Shown: one piece after another, positions 8,668 to 18,152 of the stretch
Numbering within the stretch: position 1 is the stretch's first letter
Layout of the letters: each line of letters opens with the position of its first letter
From: a virus
Strand: one strand, 5' to 3'
Length of the DNA stretch: 39,537 bases
UHGV virus genome: UHGV-0134280
Position numbers and translations under genes: made by a program
Notes under the pieces: generated by a model
What the model saw: only the letters and a program-made list of their open reading frames with translations
Database searches by the model: none
What the model was told of the DNA's origin: nothing

Positions 8668-9360
8668 ATGAATACCAAACCTTCCATCTTTTCCTTTGAG
8701 TCATCCTGCCAGATCCGTATGTTCATGATTGACGGAGAACCTTGGTTTGTCACCAAAGATGTGTGCAATGCTTTGAATATTGATGTTACACAAGCGAGAA
8801 AACTTGATAAAAAAGGCTGGAACAAAAAGGGGCTGCATTCAATACAGACCCCTGGTGGAATACAAGAACTATCCATCGTTTCAGAATCAGGTCTCTACAT
8901 CCTTATTCTGCGTTGCAAAGAGGCAATGACAGAGGGAACGAGAGCATTCAGATTTCTTGAATGGGTTACAGGTGAGGTTCTTCCTCAGATCCGCCGCACC
9001 GGAAGCTACATTAAAAACTCGCTCCCGCAGGAAGAACGCATAAAGATGGTTGCCGACCAGGTTGCCAACGCCACGGCGTCAGCAGTGATGCAGGCAATGA
9101 AGATAGAGAACAAAACCTACAGCGCCCCACTGAAGCCCGGCTACCGCAGTCTGATTCACTCGCCGTCTGGTGTTCTCGGCCTGACGGAGAACTCACTGCT
9201 GATGAATCTGCTGAACCAGTTACAGGAAGACGGGCACGACGTATCGGGCGCGGCGGCGGAGCTGACCACCATGTTCTGCTACATCGTCGGTGTGAGCAAA
9301 TGCCTGCGTGATATCGAGACCCACGCGGAGTACATCAACGATAAAGCAGGATTTTTCTGA
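8668..9360 (+). CDS. Ant-like antirepressor (Bro-N domain plus KilAC/ANT C-terminal domain)
   Basis: N-terminal pattern IRMFMIDGEPWFVTKDVCNAL typical of Bro-N; C-terminal domain paralogous to 7264..7521; start trimmed to MNTKP. Confidence 0.7.
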   Translation: MNTKPSIFSFESSCQIRMFMIDGEPWFVTKDVCNALNIDVTQARKLDKKGWNKKGLHSIQTPGGIQELSIVSESGLYILILRCKEAMTEGTRAFRFLEWVTGEVLPQIRRTGSYIKNSLPQEERIKMVADQVANATASAVMQAMKIENKTYSAPLKPGYRSLIHSPSGVLGLTENSLLMNLLNQLQEDGHDVSGAAAELTTMFCYIVGVSKCLRDIETHAEYINDKAGFF

Positions 9361-9432
9361 CGGAACGGCGGCACAGGGATGTGCCTTTAAATAATTCTGT
9401 ACAGATTGCAGACTGGGGGTGAATAGCGTACT

Positions 9433-9449
9433 ATTACCTTAAAGGTAAA
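9433..9449. promoter_or_regulatory. 17-bp palindrome ATTACC-TTAAA-GGTAAa (site D)
   Basis: Read directly; abuts the AGGAGG RBS of the small ORF at 9461. Confidence 0.55.
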
Positions 9450-9460
9450 GGAGGCGCGAT

Positions 9461-9628
9461 ATGACAGCGTTGAAAAATCGTACTCAGCACAATGAACAAG
9501 CCAAGCAATGCTGGGATGTCATTGGAAAAGTTATGCTTGGCCGCGCAAGCAAAGAGCGCGACAAGGATATGGTTTACCAGACAGGAACATCTTTCAGCGA
9601 CTTCAAGGCGGCATTTCGCTCCAAATAG
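9461..9628 (+). CDS. Small 55-aa protein, first gene of a two-gene moron
   Basis: ATG with AAGGAGG RBS; not in the ORF track because under 60 aa; translation MTALKNRTQHNEQAKQCWDVIGK...; 20 bp before the next gene. Confidence 0.4.
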   Translation: MTALKNRTQHNEQAKQCWDVIGKVMLGRASKERDKDMVYQTGTSFSDFKAAFRSK

Positions 9629-9648
9629 AAGCACATTAGGAGTTTGTC

Positions 9649-10089
9649 TTGAAGTTTAACATTAGAATATCTAATAGTTTTCTAAATGGGGAAAGCAACA
9701 CCCCTTTCGCTGTAGACGGACCTTTCCTTACTGACGATGAAATAAAAATCATACAAAGGTTTTTAGAAGATGTTGCCAATGGAAGGGCGCTTGTTGGAAA
9801 AAACAAGCCATCGTGGGTTGATGATAACCATGATAAAATTCCCGGCTCAGACAATTATGAGCAAGAGAATTATTGGCATTATCATTGTGGGCCAACATGG
9901 TATCCAAACACATTTAAGAATTATACCATTAACTTAAATTTCAACCCCGGCGGAATGCATTCTAATGAATGCATTCATTATGCAAAAAATGATAATGAAA
10001 TTGTCGTTGTTGGATTTTCAAGAGAACACATACCTTTCCTTTCATCAGATGGAAACGACAATCCGCTTTTTTATGATGAAGAAGAATAG
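9649..10089 (+). CDS. Moron protein of unknown function in an AT-rich segment
   Basis: TTG start with AGGAG RBS 7 nt upstream; base composition visibly lower in GC than flanking virion genes; strong terminator downstream; no recognisable motifs. Confidence 0.5.
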   Translation: MKFNIRISNSFLNGESNTPFAVDGPFLTDDEIKIIQRFLEDVANGRALVGKNKPSWVDDNHDKIPGSDNYEQENYWHYHCGPTWYPNTFKNYTINLNFNPGGMHSNECIHYAKNDNEIVVVGFSREHIPFLSSDGNDNPLFYDEEE

Positions 10090-10110
10090 CCCGCGCCGCG
10101 GGCTTTTTTG
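10088..10110. terminator. Rho-independent terminator gcccgcg/cgcgggc plus T6
   Basis: GC-rich hairpin then TTTTTT right after the stop of 9649..10089; an A-run on the other side makes it potentially bidirectional. Confidence 0.6.
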
Positions 10111-10174
10111 TGTCTGCGGATTCCCGTCCGGGCGGCGGTGGCATTCGTTAAAAACAAGGCCGCGAAAGCGGCAT

Positions 10175-10186
10175 GTGACATGTCAC
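10175..10186. repeat. 12-bp perfect palindrome GTGACATGTCAC (copy 1)
   Basis: Read directly; 8 bp downstream of the small minus-strand ORF, at the end of the virion operon. Confidence 0.7.
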
Positions 10187-10193
10187 GCTCACG

Positions 10194-10334
10194 TTATGAC
10201 AAGCCTATGTACCCTGCTACACCAGATAATATCAAAATAACTGCAACAGCAAATTCGCCATCGTCAATGATACATTTACGGTTCATAACGCCAAGTGCAA
10301 CAAGCGCAAACACAACAAGAATAAAAGCAATCAT
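10194..10334 (-). CDS. 46-aa two-helix hydrophobic peptide, translationally coupled to the last internal virion gene
   Basis: ATG 9 nt after the upstream stop with AAGGATGAG RBS; translation MIAFILVVFALVALGVMNRKCIIDDGEFAVAVILILSGVAGYIGLS; not in the ORF track. Confidence 0.4.
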   Translation of the reverse strand: MIAFILVVFALVALGVMNRKCIIDDGEFAVAVILILSGVAGYIGLS

Positions 10335-10343
10335 TTCTCATCC

Positions 10344-12818
10344 TTATTGCGGAGTGACATCCTGTGGTCGCCACCAGTATGTCTGGTTAAACTCTTTCTT
10401 CGAACGTTGCTCCATTTTACGCAAATAACCTGGTGAAAAATACTCCTGCATCTGGTTAAAGATCATGTGATCGAGAGCCGCCTTCAAGTACCAGAGATTC
10501 GCACCTGGCATCAGACCTTTCCCCAGCTTAACCAGATCACCACCAGTCTGCTCACTCTTCCCTTCCACAGCATTTAACGGTATGCCCTGAGCAATCTTCA
10601 CTACGTCATCAACCAGACCAGCTACCGGGCCAAGCATCGACGCCAGCGCGCCGCTTCCGTACCTAGTGTGATCTGACAATAAAAAGTCACCGTAAAGGCC
10701 AAGACCACCACCTTTCAGTAGAGCACCAAGCCAAAATTTAGCAGCATCTTCTCCTGTCATCTCGCGAGGATTACGACCAGACGCAAGGTCGTTAAGTTGC
10801 TGCGACAAAGCGCCAAGAATGGTCGTACTGGCAATAAACGTCGCAATATATGCCGCACGCCCACCAGCAGACGGCATACCCATAGCGCGTGACCAGTGAC
10901 GCATAACCACCGAGATAGGGAACGATTTAAACAGGAAAACACTTCTCGTTAATTCACCTTTCCATGTTCCACGCTGAATACCAGAACCGGTTATCAGTTG
11001 CTCACGTGCTCCCGGTGTAATAACAGCCATATCAACTTCTTCAGTTATGGCACCGAGCAGTTTACGCATTGCCTCAAATTTCACGCGTTCAGGCTCACCA
11101 AGATGTTTAACTGCTGAATCAGGGATACGCATAATGCTTTCCGGTGTCAGCATCGTATTATTGCCGTTCCCCCAGTCCTCCTGTTGCGCCAGCTTCCATA
11201 CGCTCCAGTCTGTGTCAGTAATCCCTTTGCTTTTCAGGATGCGAAAATCAGAATCATCGAGGCTACGAAGGTCTGGTGTCCGTGACACTACTTCTCCCAA
11301 GCTTCCCATCATGGTTACGCCATAGGCGCGCTTGTGCGCATCTGACCATGCTGTAAGCCCACTGGCACGCATTACCGCCGTTGCAGCCCAACGAGACACA
11401 GACGGCCCCATATTATCCATCGCCCAGCGGTTAACGCTGCCAAGTAGAGATTCCATCGCCAGACCAGCGCGGCGCGCCCGCGCAAGTTCTGTACGGTTCG
11501 TTGGGTCCATAGCTTCAAGCTGGTTGCGGAATAACTGGTTCATTGGAAGGTTGGTCACCTTCGCAGACAGATACATGGTTCCAAGATCAGAGAACGATGA
11601 CAGCAACGCGGATCCGAGTCTGCTGGCAACCAGCCAGTTGCGGATATTGTCAGACCATCGCGCGATGTGCGGATTCGCTACAGGCTGTGTCTTTCCGGAA
11701 ATAAAGTTGTACAGATTCTCTGTGTTGTTCGCCAGCCGCTCGACTTTACCGGTTTTACTCGGGTTAGCTGTTGCCGTTTCTGCCTTCACCTGATCAAGAA
11801 GAGAGCGGAAAACATGATCGGGGTTTGGGCCATATGTTTCCACCAGTGCAATATCTTTACTGATACCTTCCAGGTGACCGACCATGATTTCCCATAGAGA
11901 GCGATCGCCATAAAGTTGCTGATATTGCAGATAGGAATCTGCATCTTTGAAATGTATCTGTCGTGATGTATTACCACGGTTAGCACGTGCGCCTGAAATT
12001 CGCATTCCGGTATCAGTAAGCTTATTCAGCCCACCAGTAGCGATCGTGTTATAAGCCTCTCCAAGAAATGCAGACAACTCGGAATCGTTCATCAGTTGTC
12101 CATCGGCTCGGATATAATATTTGCGATCCAGCTTACCTATAACATCGCTAACCCACTTATCCTTTGATACCGCCCCAACCTTTTCCATAGAATGATGTTG
12201 AGGGATTCCCCAGTTTTCGAGATAGCCAATGTCCCCACCAGCATCATTAAACCGGCGGCGCAGTAGATCTGTCACTTCTCTCCACGCCTTAGCACCTTTT
12301 CTTGCTTTAGCATTGCCAGTATTTTGCCCTCGCATTTCATATACCAGGTCACGCACGCCAGCTTCATCTTCAAACAGGCCAAAAAAGCGAGGATCAACTG
12401 CTTCAAATGCCTCTTGCAATTGACTCAATGCATAATCACGAGTGGCTTTTGTTCTGGACTCAACAGAGAGGAAATTCGATTTACCGTCTGCATTAAAAGC
12501 AATAGTACGGTTAAGAGCGCCAAGTTTCCCATCAGCCCCTTGATAGCTATTGATAAATTTATCCAATCTCTGACGTGCGGATATAGTGAGGGCCACACGA
12601 CGTTTCTTTAATGCCGCTTCTCGCTGTAATTCTTCAGATGCCAATTGTGCTGCACGATATAGCCGCTCTGATTCGGAAAGTTGTCTCCACGACATCGGGT
12701 CATCACGAGCAATGGAGCGCATATTTCGATAAATGCGGTCTTCAATGTTCTGTATTTCTCGCGCCGTTAACGTGCGCTGCGCCGCCTGCTGGACCGCTTG
12801 TATACATTCCTGTCTCAT
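10344..12818 (-). CDS. Internal virion/ejection protein (T7 gp16-like, C-terminal part)
   Basis: 824 aa; called by size and position in the gp13-gp16-like block upstream of the tailspike. Confidence 0.5.
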   Translation of the reverse strand: MRQECIQAVQQAAQRTLTAREIQNIEDRIYRNMRSIARDDPMSWRQLSESERLYRAAQLASEELQREAALKKRRVALTISARQRLDKFINSYQGADGKLGALNRTIAFNADGKSNFLSVESRTKATRDYALSQLQEAFEAVDPRFFGLFEDEAGVRDLVYEMRGQNTGNAKARKGAKAWREVTDLLRRRFNDAGGDIGYLENWGIPQHHSMEKVGAVSKDKWVSDVIGKLDRKYYIRADGQLMNDSELSAFLGEAYNTIATGGLNKLTDTGMRISGARANRGNTSRQIHFKDADSYLQYQQLYGDRSLWEIMVGHLEGISKDIALVETYGPNPDHVFRSLLDQVKAETATANPSKTGKVERLANNTENLYNFISGKTQPVANPHIARWSDNIRNWLVASRLGSALLSSFSDLGTMYLSAKVTNLPMNQLFRNQLEAMDPTNRTELARARRAGLAMESLLGSVNRWAMDNMGPSVSRWAATAVMRASGLTAWSDAHKRAYGVTMMGSLGEVVSRTPDLRSLDDSDFRILKSKGITDTDWSVWKLAQQEDWGNGNNTMLTPESIMRIPDSAVKHLGEPERVKFEAMRKLLGAITEEVDMAVITPGAREQLITGSGIQRGTWKGELTRSVFLFKSFPISVVMRHWSRAMGMPSAGGRAAYIATFIASTTILGALSQQLNDLASGRNPREMTGEDAAKFWLGALLKGGGLGLYGDFLLSDHTRYGSGALASMLGPVAGLVDDVVKIAQGIPLNAVEGKSEQTGGDLVKLGKGLMPGANLWYLKAALDHMIFNQMQEYFSPGYLRKMEQRSKKEFNQTYWWRPQDVTPQ

Positions 12819-12823
12819 TTAAT

Positions 12824-14626
12824 TTAACCTCTCAAGAAACACGCCACAGCGACATCAAACAGGCTGGAATCCTGTATTGCCTGCTCACTTTCCCTGTTCG
12901 CTTCATCCAGTACTTCACGCGCGCTGCGCGATTGTGGATTACCATCATCATCCAGCACGGTGATTATCATGTCAGGTGATTCAAGCAGCGAGTCTTCAGC
13001 TATGCGCAGATCAATATCTCCTGCCTGATCCGCCATCATTTTTTGTTCTGCCTGTTGCAATATTTTATCAGGCTCAAAAGGAGCTACTTCGTCTGGCGTC
13101 CTGACCTCTGCTGTTTTATAGAATGAAACAGCCTGAGCATTAAGTTCACTTTCTACCTGCAGTCGCCGTGCCAGTTCTGCTCGAGCTTCAAAAAACTGAC
13201 CGCCAGGCTCATGCGGTGCCAACGCGTTACGAGAAAATTCCAGGCGTTCTTGTGCCTGCCTGATTCGTTGGTCAATATCGCGAAGTCTGGCCTGTTTATC
13301 TGATCGAGCACGAGATAAAGCCTTACCGCTACCGGTTGGATCTTCTGCAAGAATTTGTGCGCGCTGTTCAGTGAGATTTTCAATAATTCGTTGGCTATTA
13401 GCGATTTCAGACTGGTAAACCTGTCTATCGCCACGCGGCAAAAGCTGTGCGGCCTGTTCTTCAAGCAACCGATTTTCTATAGCGCGCGCCGTTACTCCAT
13501 CATCTACAGATGACAGAGCCTCATTAACTGCCTGAGACAGCAGACTCTTGCGCCCAGGAATTTCACTGAAAGATGCAGACTCAACAATGCTGGCAACGTC
13601 TACAGGTCTCCCCTGGCTAACATCAGACATGGCTTTTCGCAGAGCCTGAATGTGTGAATTACGCGAAAGCACGTTGATCGGCACGCCGGGAGCAATATCA
13701 ATTTCAGCATGATGAGCGGCATTCGCCGCCAGTGCAGCATCGATATCAACTGGTGAAAAATTTGGTGCGCTTGTAGACTCGCCGCGAGAGTTAATAAATC
13801 TGCCGACACCACCAAACGCCACCCCAAGAACAGCATCAATAGCAATTGCCTGTCGATCCAACACATCATACTGGTTAGCCATTTCGCTATAGCCACCATC
13901 ACGAAGCGTTTTAGCAGTAAGCCCACGCTGTGCCATACCGAACGCAATATTTGTACCTGCGGCATAGGCAATATCTGGCGTTGCACGTACTGCTGTTGCT
14001 GCGGCGCGTCGCACTGAACTTTCACCCGTCCGCGCAAGCTGAGCCGCCACACCTTCCGCCAGCGCACCACCCGCACGTAACCCGAGGCTCATAGGGATCA
14101 GTGTTCCGGCACCAGCAGTAATACCCTGCACTAATCCAGCTTCCTGCGCCGTCCTGAAATCAACACCCTGTGCTGTCAGCCGTTCAAACTCAGAAAAACC
14201 CTGTAGAGAAGTTACCGCCGCAGCACCTCCGACCGGACCACCGAGCGTTGTACCGACAACAGCCTGCCCGCCCATATCGAACAACCCATAAAGAACCTGC
14301 CCGGCGGTTCCGGTTGTCGCGGCATCAGGCGTCAGCCGCTTAACCTGCTGCTCTGCTAGTTTTCTCTGCTCGGCAATGTATGAAACTGAAGTATCATTGA
14401 GCGAGGTGTTTTCGTTAACAAACTGAGCAATCGGGGATACGATTTTATCCATCCCTGCCCATAGCAACTGATCTGGCTTTGCCACCAGCCCGGAGTACAA
14501 ACCAGACAATGCCGCTCCTACAGCATTGTCGAAAAAACCAACATCGCTGTTAAAACCAGCTGGATTTGATGCTGCTTCGTCAAGCTGCTGATTCTGGTTT
14601 ACTGGATTAAGGCCAAAGTAACTCAT
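12824..14626 (-). CDS. Internal virion protein (gp16-like, N-terminal part), Gly/Ala-rich
   Basis: 600 aa; Gly/Ala-rich hydrophobic segments and coiled coil; synteny only. Confidence 0.45.
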   Translation of the reverse strand: MSYFGLNPVNQNQQLDEAASNPAGFNSDVGFFDNAVGAALSGLYSGLVAKPDQLLWAGMDKIVSPIAQFVNENTSLNDTSVSYIAEQRKLAEQQVKRLTPDAATTGTAGQVLYGLFDMGGQAVVGTTLGGPVGGAAAVTSLQGFSEFERLTAQGVDFRTAQEAGLVQGITAGAGTLIPMSLGLRAGGALAEGVAAQLARTGESSVRRAAATAVRATPDIAYAAGTNIAFGMAQRGLTAKTLRDGGYSEMANQYDVLDRQAIAIDAVLGVAFGGVGRFINSRGESTSAPNFSPVDIDAALAANAAHHAEIDIAPGVPINVLSRNSHIQALRKAMSDVSQGRPVDVASIVESASFSEIPGRKSLLSQAVNEALSSVDDGVTARAIENRLLEEQAAQLLPRGDRQVYQSEIANSQRIIENLTEQRAQILAEDPTGSGKALSRARSDKQARLRDIDQRIRQAQERLEFSRNALAPHEPGGQFFEARAELARRLQVESELNAQAVSFYKTAEVRTPDEVAPFEPDKILQQAEQKMMADQAGDIDLRIAEDSLLESPDMIITVLDDDGNPQSRSAREVLDEANRESEQAIQDSSLFDVAVACFLRG

Positions 14627-17136
14627 TGCGGAATATCTCCGGAGAATCTCTGACGCTTCTGTGTCAGATCAAGAACAACGGGAGAACCATCATCTTTCAG
14701 CAGATAACCAGTACCAAGTTTCACCAGGTACTGACTATCGCCGTAACTTTGCAAACCATACTGACCAGGCGGTGTTTTTATCCCAGAGCCGACAACTTGT
14801 TCATTCCAAGCCTGATTAACCTGCTTATCGAATTGCTCTGCAGACATTCCCCACGGCAAAAGGACATTCCCCATTCCGTTATAGTCATGCACGCCACCTG
14901 TAGCTACGTTAACAGCCTGTTTCCAGACATCATTGTCAATTTCGCCTGATACCACGCCTTTTTTCGCCATCACACCAGCGTAATAATCCTTTGCGATCTC
15001 GTATGCCATTGATGCCCCCTGAGCGTCACCAGCAAATGCATCCTTCACCATGTCAGAAAACTCAAGGCGAAGATCAGCATCTTTAGGCATCGGAATACCT
15101 TTCGCATCATCAGTACCTTTACGAGCCGCCGCGCCAGCAAGAATTGTCTGCGCAGCGGTTTCAGGAGACACGGAAACATCCGGATTAAACCAGTTTTTTT
15201 CTGCCAAAATACCACCAGGCTTATCCATCAGTATCCCGGCAACGGCAGCAGATGGAGCGTTGGCACTGATCTGCTGTAGTGCTGACATATACACCTGCCC
15301 ACCACCAGTGCTCTGCCTGATGGTATCGAGATATGCTGCCTGTTGGGAAACTGGAGCATCACGAAAGAAAACACCGATCTGATTGGCCTCGTCTTTGGAA
15401 AAGAACGTCAGTGGAGTGCCATATGACTTAGCAAGGTCACTGACCTGAGCGGCACGCAAGGCAACGCTCTGTCCAAAGTTATCCTTATTGCTCATGTCGA
15501 TAGGCTTTGCCTGTCCGGAGGCAAGAGAGAACTGCACAGGATCCGACTGCCGCTGCTTTATCACCTGATTTGCAGCCGAAACAACGTTGTCATAAAGATC
15601 TGCGCGTGCCGCATACCCCTCCCCTGTCTCACCAGTATCCGGGCGTAATTGCTCAACATATGCTGTAATGCTGCTTGTCGGCATATTGCGGAAAGAGCCT
15701 ATATACTGTCCGGCGATCTGCGTATTTCTGAACTCGGTATATCGCAGGTTTCCTTCTCTGACGCCATAAGCTGCAATAAAATCAGCCTCACCAGGTGGGT
15801 TAGGAAATTCAACGCCACGCATATACGCAGCCGTCGCATCGCGAACCCGACTGTCAATCATCGTTTTATATTCAGCCTGCTGCTGCCGACGAAGTTGATC
15901 CGCCTGTCGCATAAAACTTGCCTGCGCCTCAGGAGATGCCGCATCGAATGCTGCATTACCGGTATAGCGTTTAGTGTTGGTTGGAATTGTTGATAAACCA
16001 AGTGCTGCACTGACACCAGCAGTTAACTGCTGATCACTGTATGGCTGGCTACCGTTCTCATGATGGATAATGGCTGCACAAAGCGCCTTCAGGGTATCAG
16101 GATTAGATGCATCGAGAGGCTCATCAGCAGAAACGCCAAGTTGTTCGCACACTGCTTTGATATACGACATAGTGTCATTTTTATCAGTAGGCGGTGCCCA
16201 GCGATTAATTATCTCGCTGACGGTATCAATACCCTGCCTCTGATACGACATCAGGTTTCGCCCTAATGCACGAATCCCGTGTTCAGGTGTTTCGAATTTA
16301 GCAAATCGACCATCATCACCGGTCTGGCCTACCCACGGATTAGTTTTGCTGTATTCGAGATTTCCTGGGTTATTGTTGCGTATGCCACGGGCACTATCGG
16401 AAGAGTCACTATCGGCTACAGCACGGCGAGCTCCAGCAGCAGTATCACTTAACTCGCCATTACTTTGGATGAATGCGGTCGCATTGTTTGCCGACCACTG
16501 GGACAATGCGGCATCAGCAACCTTCTCTTTAAACTCGATTTTCTTGGCCTGGATTTGCTCGTCGCTCCAGCCATGCGCAATGCCGTAATCCTCAATTTGC
16601 TGGAAAGTTTGCTTATTAGCCAGTACGTATGCGGCGTTGTCGCCATACAATGCTGCGGCATTTTTACCATTGTTCAGCAACGTCGCCTGAAACTGGCCTT
16701 CTTCGTAGGCTTTTATTTGCCCTATCTCGTGCCGCCCGGCCTGCGTAGTGAACTGAATACGCTGCTGCTGCGCCTGCTGCATGAAAGCATTACGAGCCTG
16801 TTCATCCGGCAGCGACATAGCCAGTTGTTCGATCTGAGCATCAAACTGCTGCGTATACTCCTGACCTTTTCCAATAGCATTTTTCCCTTTCAGGTTAAGC
16901 AAACCTGTTTCAGGGTTATTCAACAGATCGCTGCTTATCTGGCTTAAGCTAAGAGAAGCATCCTGAGCCATAGCAACATTCGCACGCTGTTTTGCCTGCG
17001 CAACAATACCTGCATATTGCTCTGCAACATCGCCAAGTACATCACCGACATTTGGTGTCTGAAACGATGAGAATCCCTGAGTCGAAATCCCTCTGCTCTG
17101 AACCTGACGGCCCGATGTTGTTGGTACAACTGGCAT
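14623..17136 (-). CDS. Internal virion protein (gp15-like)
   Basis: 837 aa; size and order; contains a conserved-looking RNNNPGNL segment of uncertain meaning. Confidence 0.45.
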   Translation of the reverse strand: MPVVPTTSGRQVQSRGISTQGFSSFQTPNVGDVLGDVAEQYAGIVAQAKQRANVAMAQDASLSLSQISSDLLNNPETGLLNLKGKNAIGKGQEYTQQFDAQIEQLAMSLPDEQARNAFMQQAQQQRIQFTTQAGRHEIGQIKAYEEGQFQATLLNNGKNAAALYGDNAAYVLANKQTFQQIEDYGIAHGWSDEQIQAKKIEFKEKVADAALSQWSANNATAFIQSNGELSDTAAGARRAVADSDSSDSARGIRNNNPGNLEYSKTNPWVGQTGDDGRFAKFETPEHGIRALGRNLMSYQRQGIDTVSEIINRWAPPTDKNDTMSYIKAVCEQLGVSADEPLDASNPDTLKALCAAIIHHENGSQPYSDQQLTAGVSAALGLSTIPTNTKRYTGNAAFDAASPEAQASFMRQADQLRRQQQAEYKTMIDSRVRDATAAYMRGVEFPNPPGEADFIAAYGVREGNLRYTEFRNTQIAGQYIGSFRNMPTSSITAYVEQLRPDTGETGEGYAARADLYDNVVSAANQVIKQRQSDPVQFSLASGQAKPIDMSNKDNFGQSVALRAAQVSDLAKSYGTPLTFFSKDEANQIGVFFRDAPVSQQAAYLDTIRQSTGGGQVYMSALQQISANAPSAAVAGILMDKPGGILAEKNWFNPDVSVSPETAAQTILAGAAARKGTDDAKGIPMPKDADLRLEFSDMVKDAFAGDAQGASMAYEIAKDYYAGVMAKKGVVSGEIDNDVWKQAVNVATGGVHDYNGMGNVLLPWGMSAEQFDKQVNQAWNEQVVGSGIKTPPGQYGLQSYGDSQYLVKLGTGYLLKDDGSPVVLDLTQKRQRFSGDIPQ

Positions 17137-17148
17137 CTTATTATCCCC

Positions 17149-17688
17149 TTATCGACCGGTTGGAGTGCCAACAGCAGCAGAAATCGGCGCAGCCTTCTGA
17201 GAGAACGGGCTCCACGTTCCGCCGCCCATCTGGTATGCACCGTATGCTTTTAGTGGTGCCGTTAACAAAGTGCTGGTCATCGATGATTTAGCAGCCGACT
17301 GAGCAGCAGCCCCCTGTGCCTGAGCATTCATTCCCTGAACCTGATACCCATATGCCTCACGCTGAGCATTATTCACTGTCGTTAACGCATCAAGAGTGCC
17401 GAACTGAGCATTATCCGCAAAAACGTCAAGAGCTGTTCCGCTACTTAATTCCGCACCGGTAGCCCCCATAGTGGCCGCCGCAGTACCTGAGCGTTGACGC
17501 ATTTCACGACGACGCTGATCCGCTTCAATATTCCCACGATTGATTGAATCCTGTGCCTGAGCTTCAGCAATTTCAGCATTCCGATCAGCTATGGCTGACT
17601 GGTATTTTGCCTGCTTGCTCTGGCTGTACATTGACGCGGCTGTGGATGCCACTGTGACGGCAACCAAAGCGATGGCTGGGTTACACAT
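17149..17688 (-). CDS. Internal virion protein (gp14-like)
   Basis: 179 aa, Ala/Gln-rich with hydrophobic N-terminus; synteny. Confidence 0.4.
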   Translation of the reverse strand: MCNPAIALVAVTVASTAASMYSQSKQAKYQSAIADRNAEIAEAQAQDSINRGNIEADQRRREMRQRSGTAAATMGATGAELSSGTALDVFADNAQFGTLDALTTVNNAQREAYGYQVQGMNAQAQGAAAQSAAKSSMTSTLLTAPLKAYGAYQMGGGTWSPFSQKAAPISAAVGTPTGR

Positions 17689-18152
17689 TATTTTCTCTCC
17701 ATGTGAAATCTGTGGAAATTAAGACCAAGAGCACCATAAGGCGCGGCTTCTTCAAGCCTAAATCCAAGCCAGTGGAGCCATGCTTTGGCAACATGGTTTC
17801 GCTCGTCGACGTAGTTTTCCAGGCGCGGATAAACTGCCAGCATCTGCTGCAATACAGGGCGGCAGTGGCGAAGAAATGTCTTCTGATATTTTTCAATATG
17901 GCTGGTACCGACCAGCCAGGGCGTACCATTGCCACCGATCATTGACGCCGGAGATACACCAAACATGGTTACCAGTTCTCCGTTCGCGAACCCTGACCAG
18001 GCCATAGTCGCAGTGCGAAGACCAACACGCAGCGCATCTTCGGTAGTCATCAGTGATACCGCATACAGTTCGTCAATATCAGCCTGACGAACATCCGGCA
18101 AAATCATCTGAAGATGCTCTTCGGTAGCGGGAATAATTTGAACGTCGATCAT
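17688..18152 (-). CDS. Small virion protein (gp13-like)
   Basis: 154 aa, overlapping stop/start with neighbours; synteny only. Confidence 0.35.
   Translation of the reverse strand: MIDVQIIPATEEHLQMILPDVRQADIDELYAVSLMTTEDALRVGLRTATMAWSGFANGELVTMFGVSPASMIGGNGTPWLVGTSHIEKYQKTFLRHCRPVLQQMLAVYPRLENYVDERNHVAKAWLHWLGFRLEEAAPYGALGLNFHRFHMERK

Noticed and set aside
2324-9360. Long N-terminal extensions in the ORF track (2324..3118, 7141..7521, 8623..9360, 28649..29323, 29969..31081)
   Set aside because: The extensions lack an RBS and run into upstream genes, terminators or operator sites; internal ATG/GTG starts with an RBS were used instead. My hand-indexed coordinates for trimmed starts may be off by 1-3 nt.
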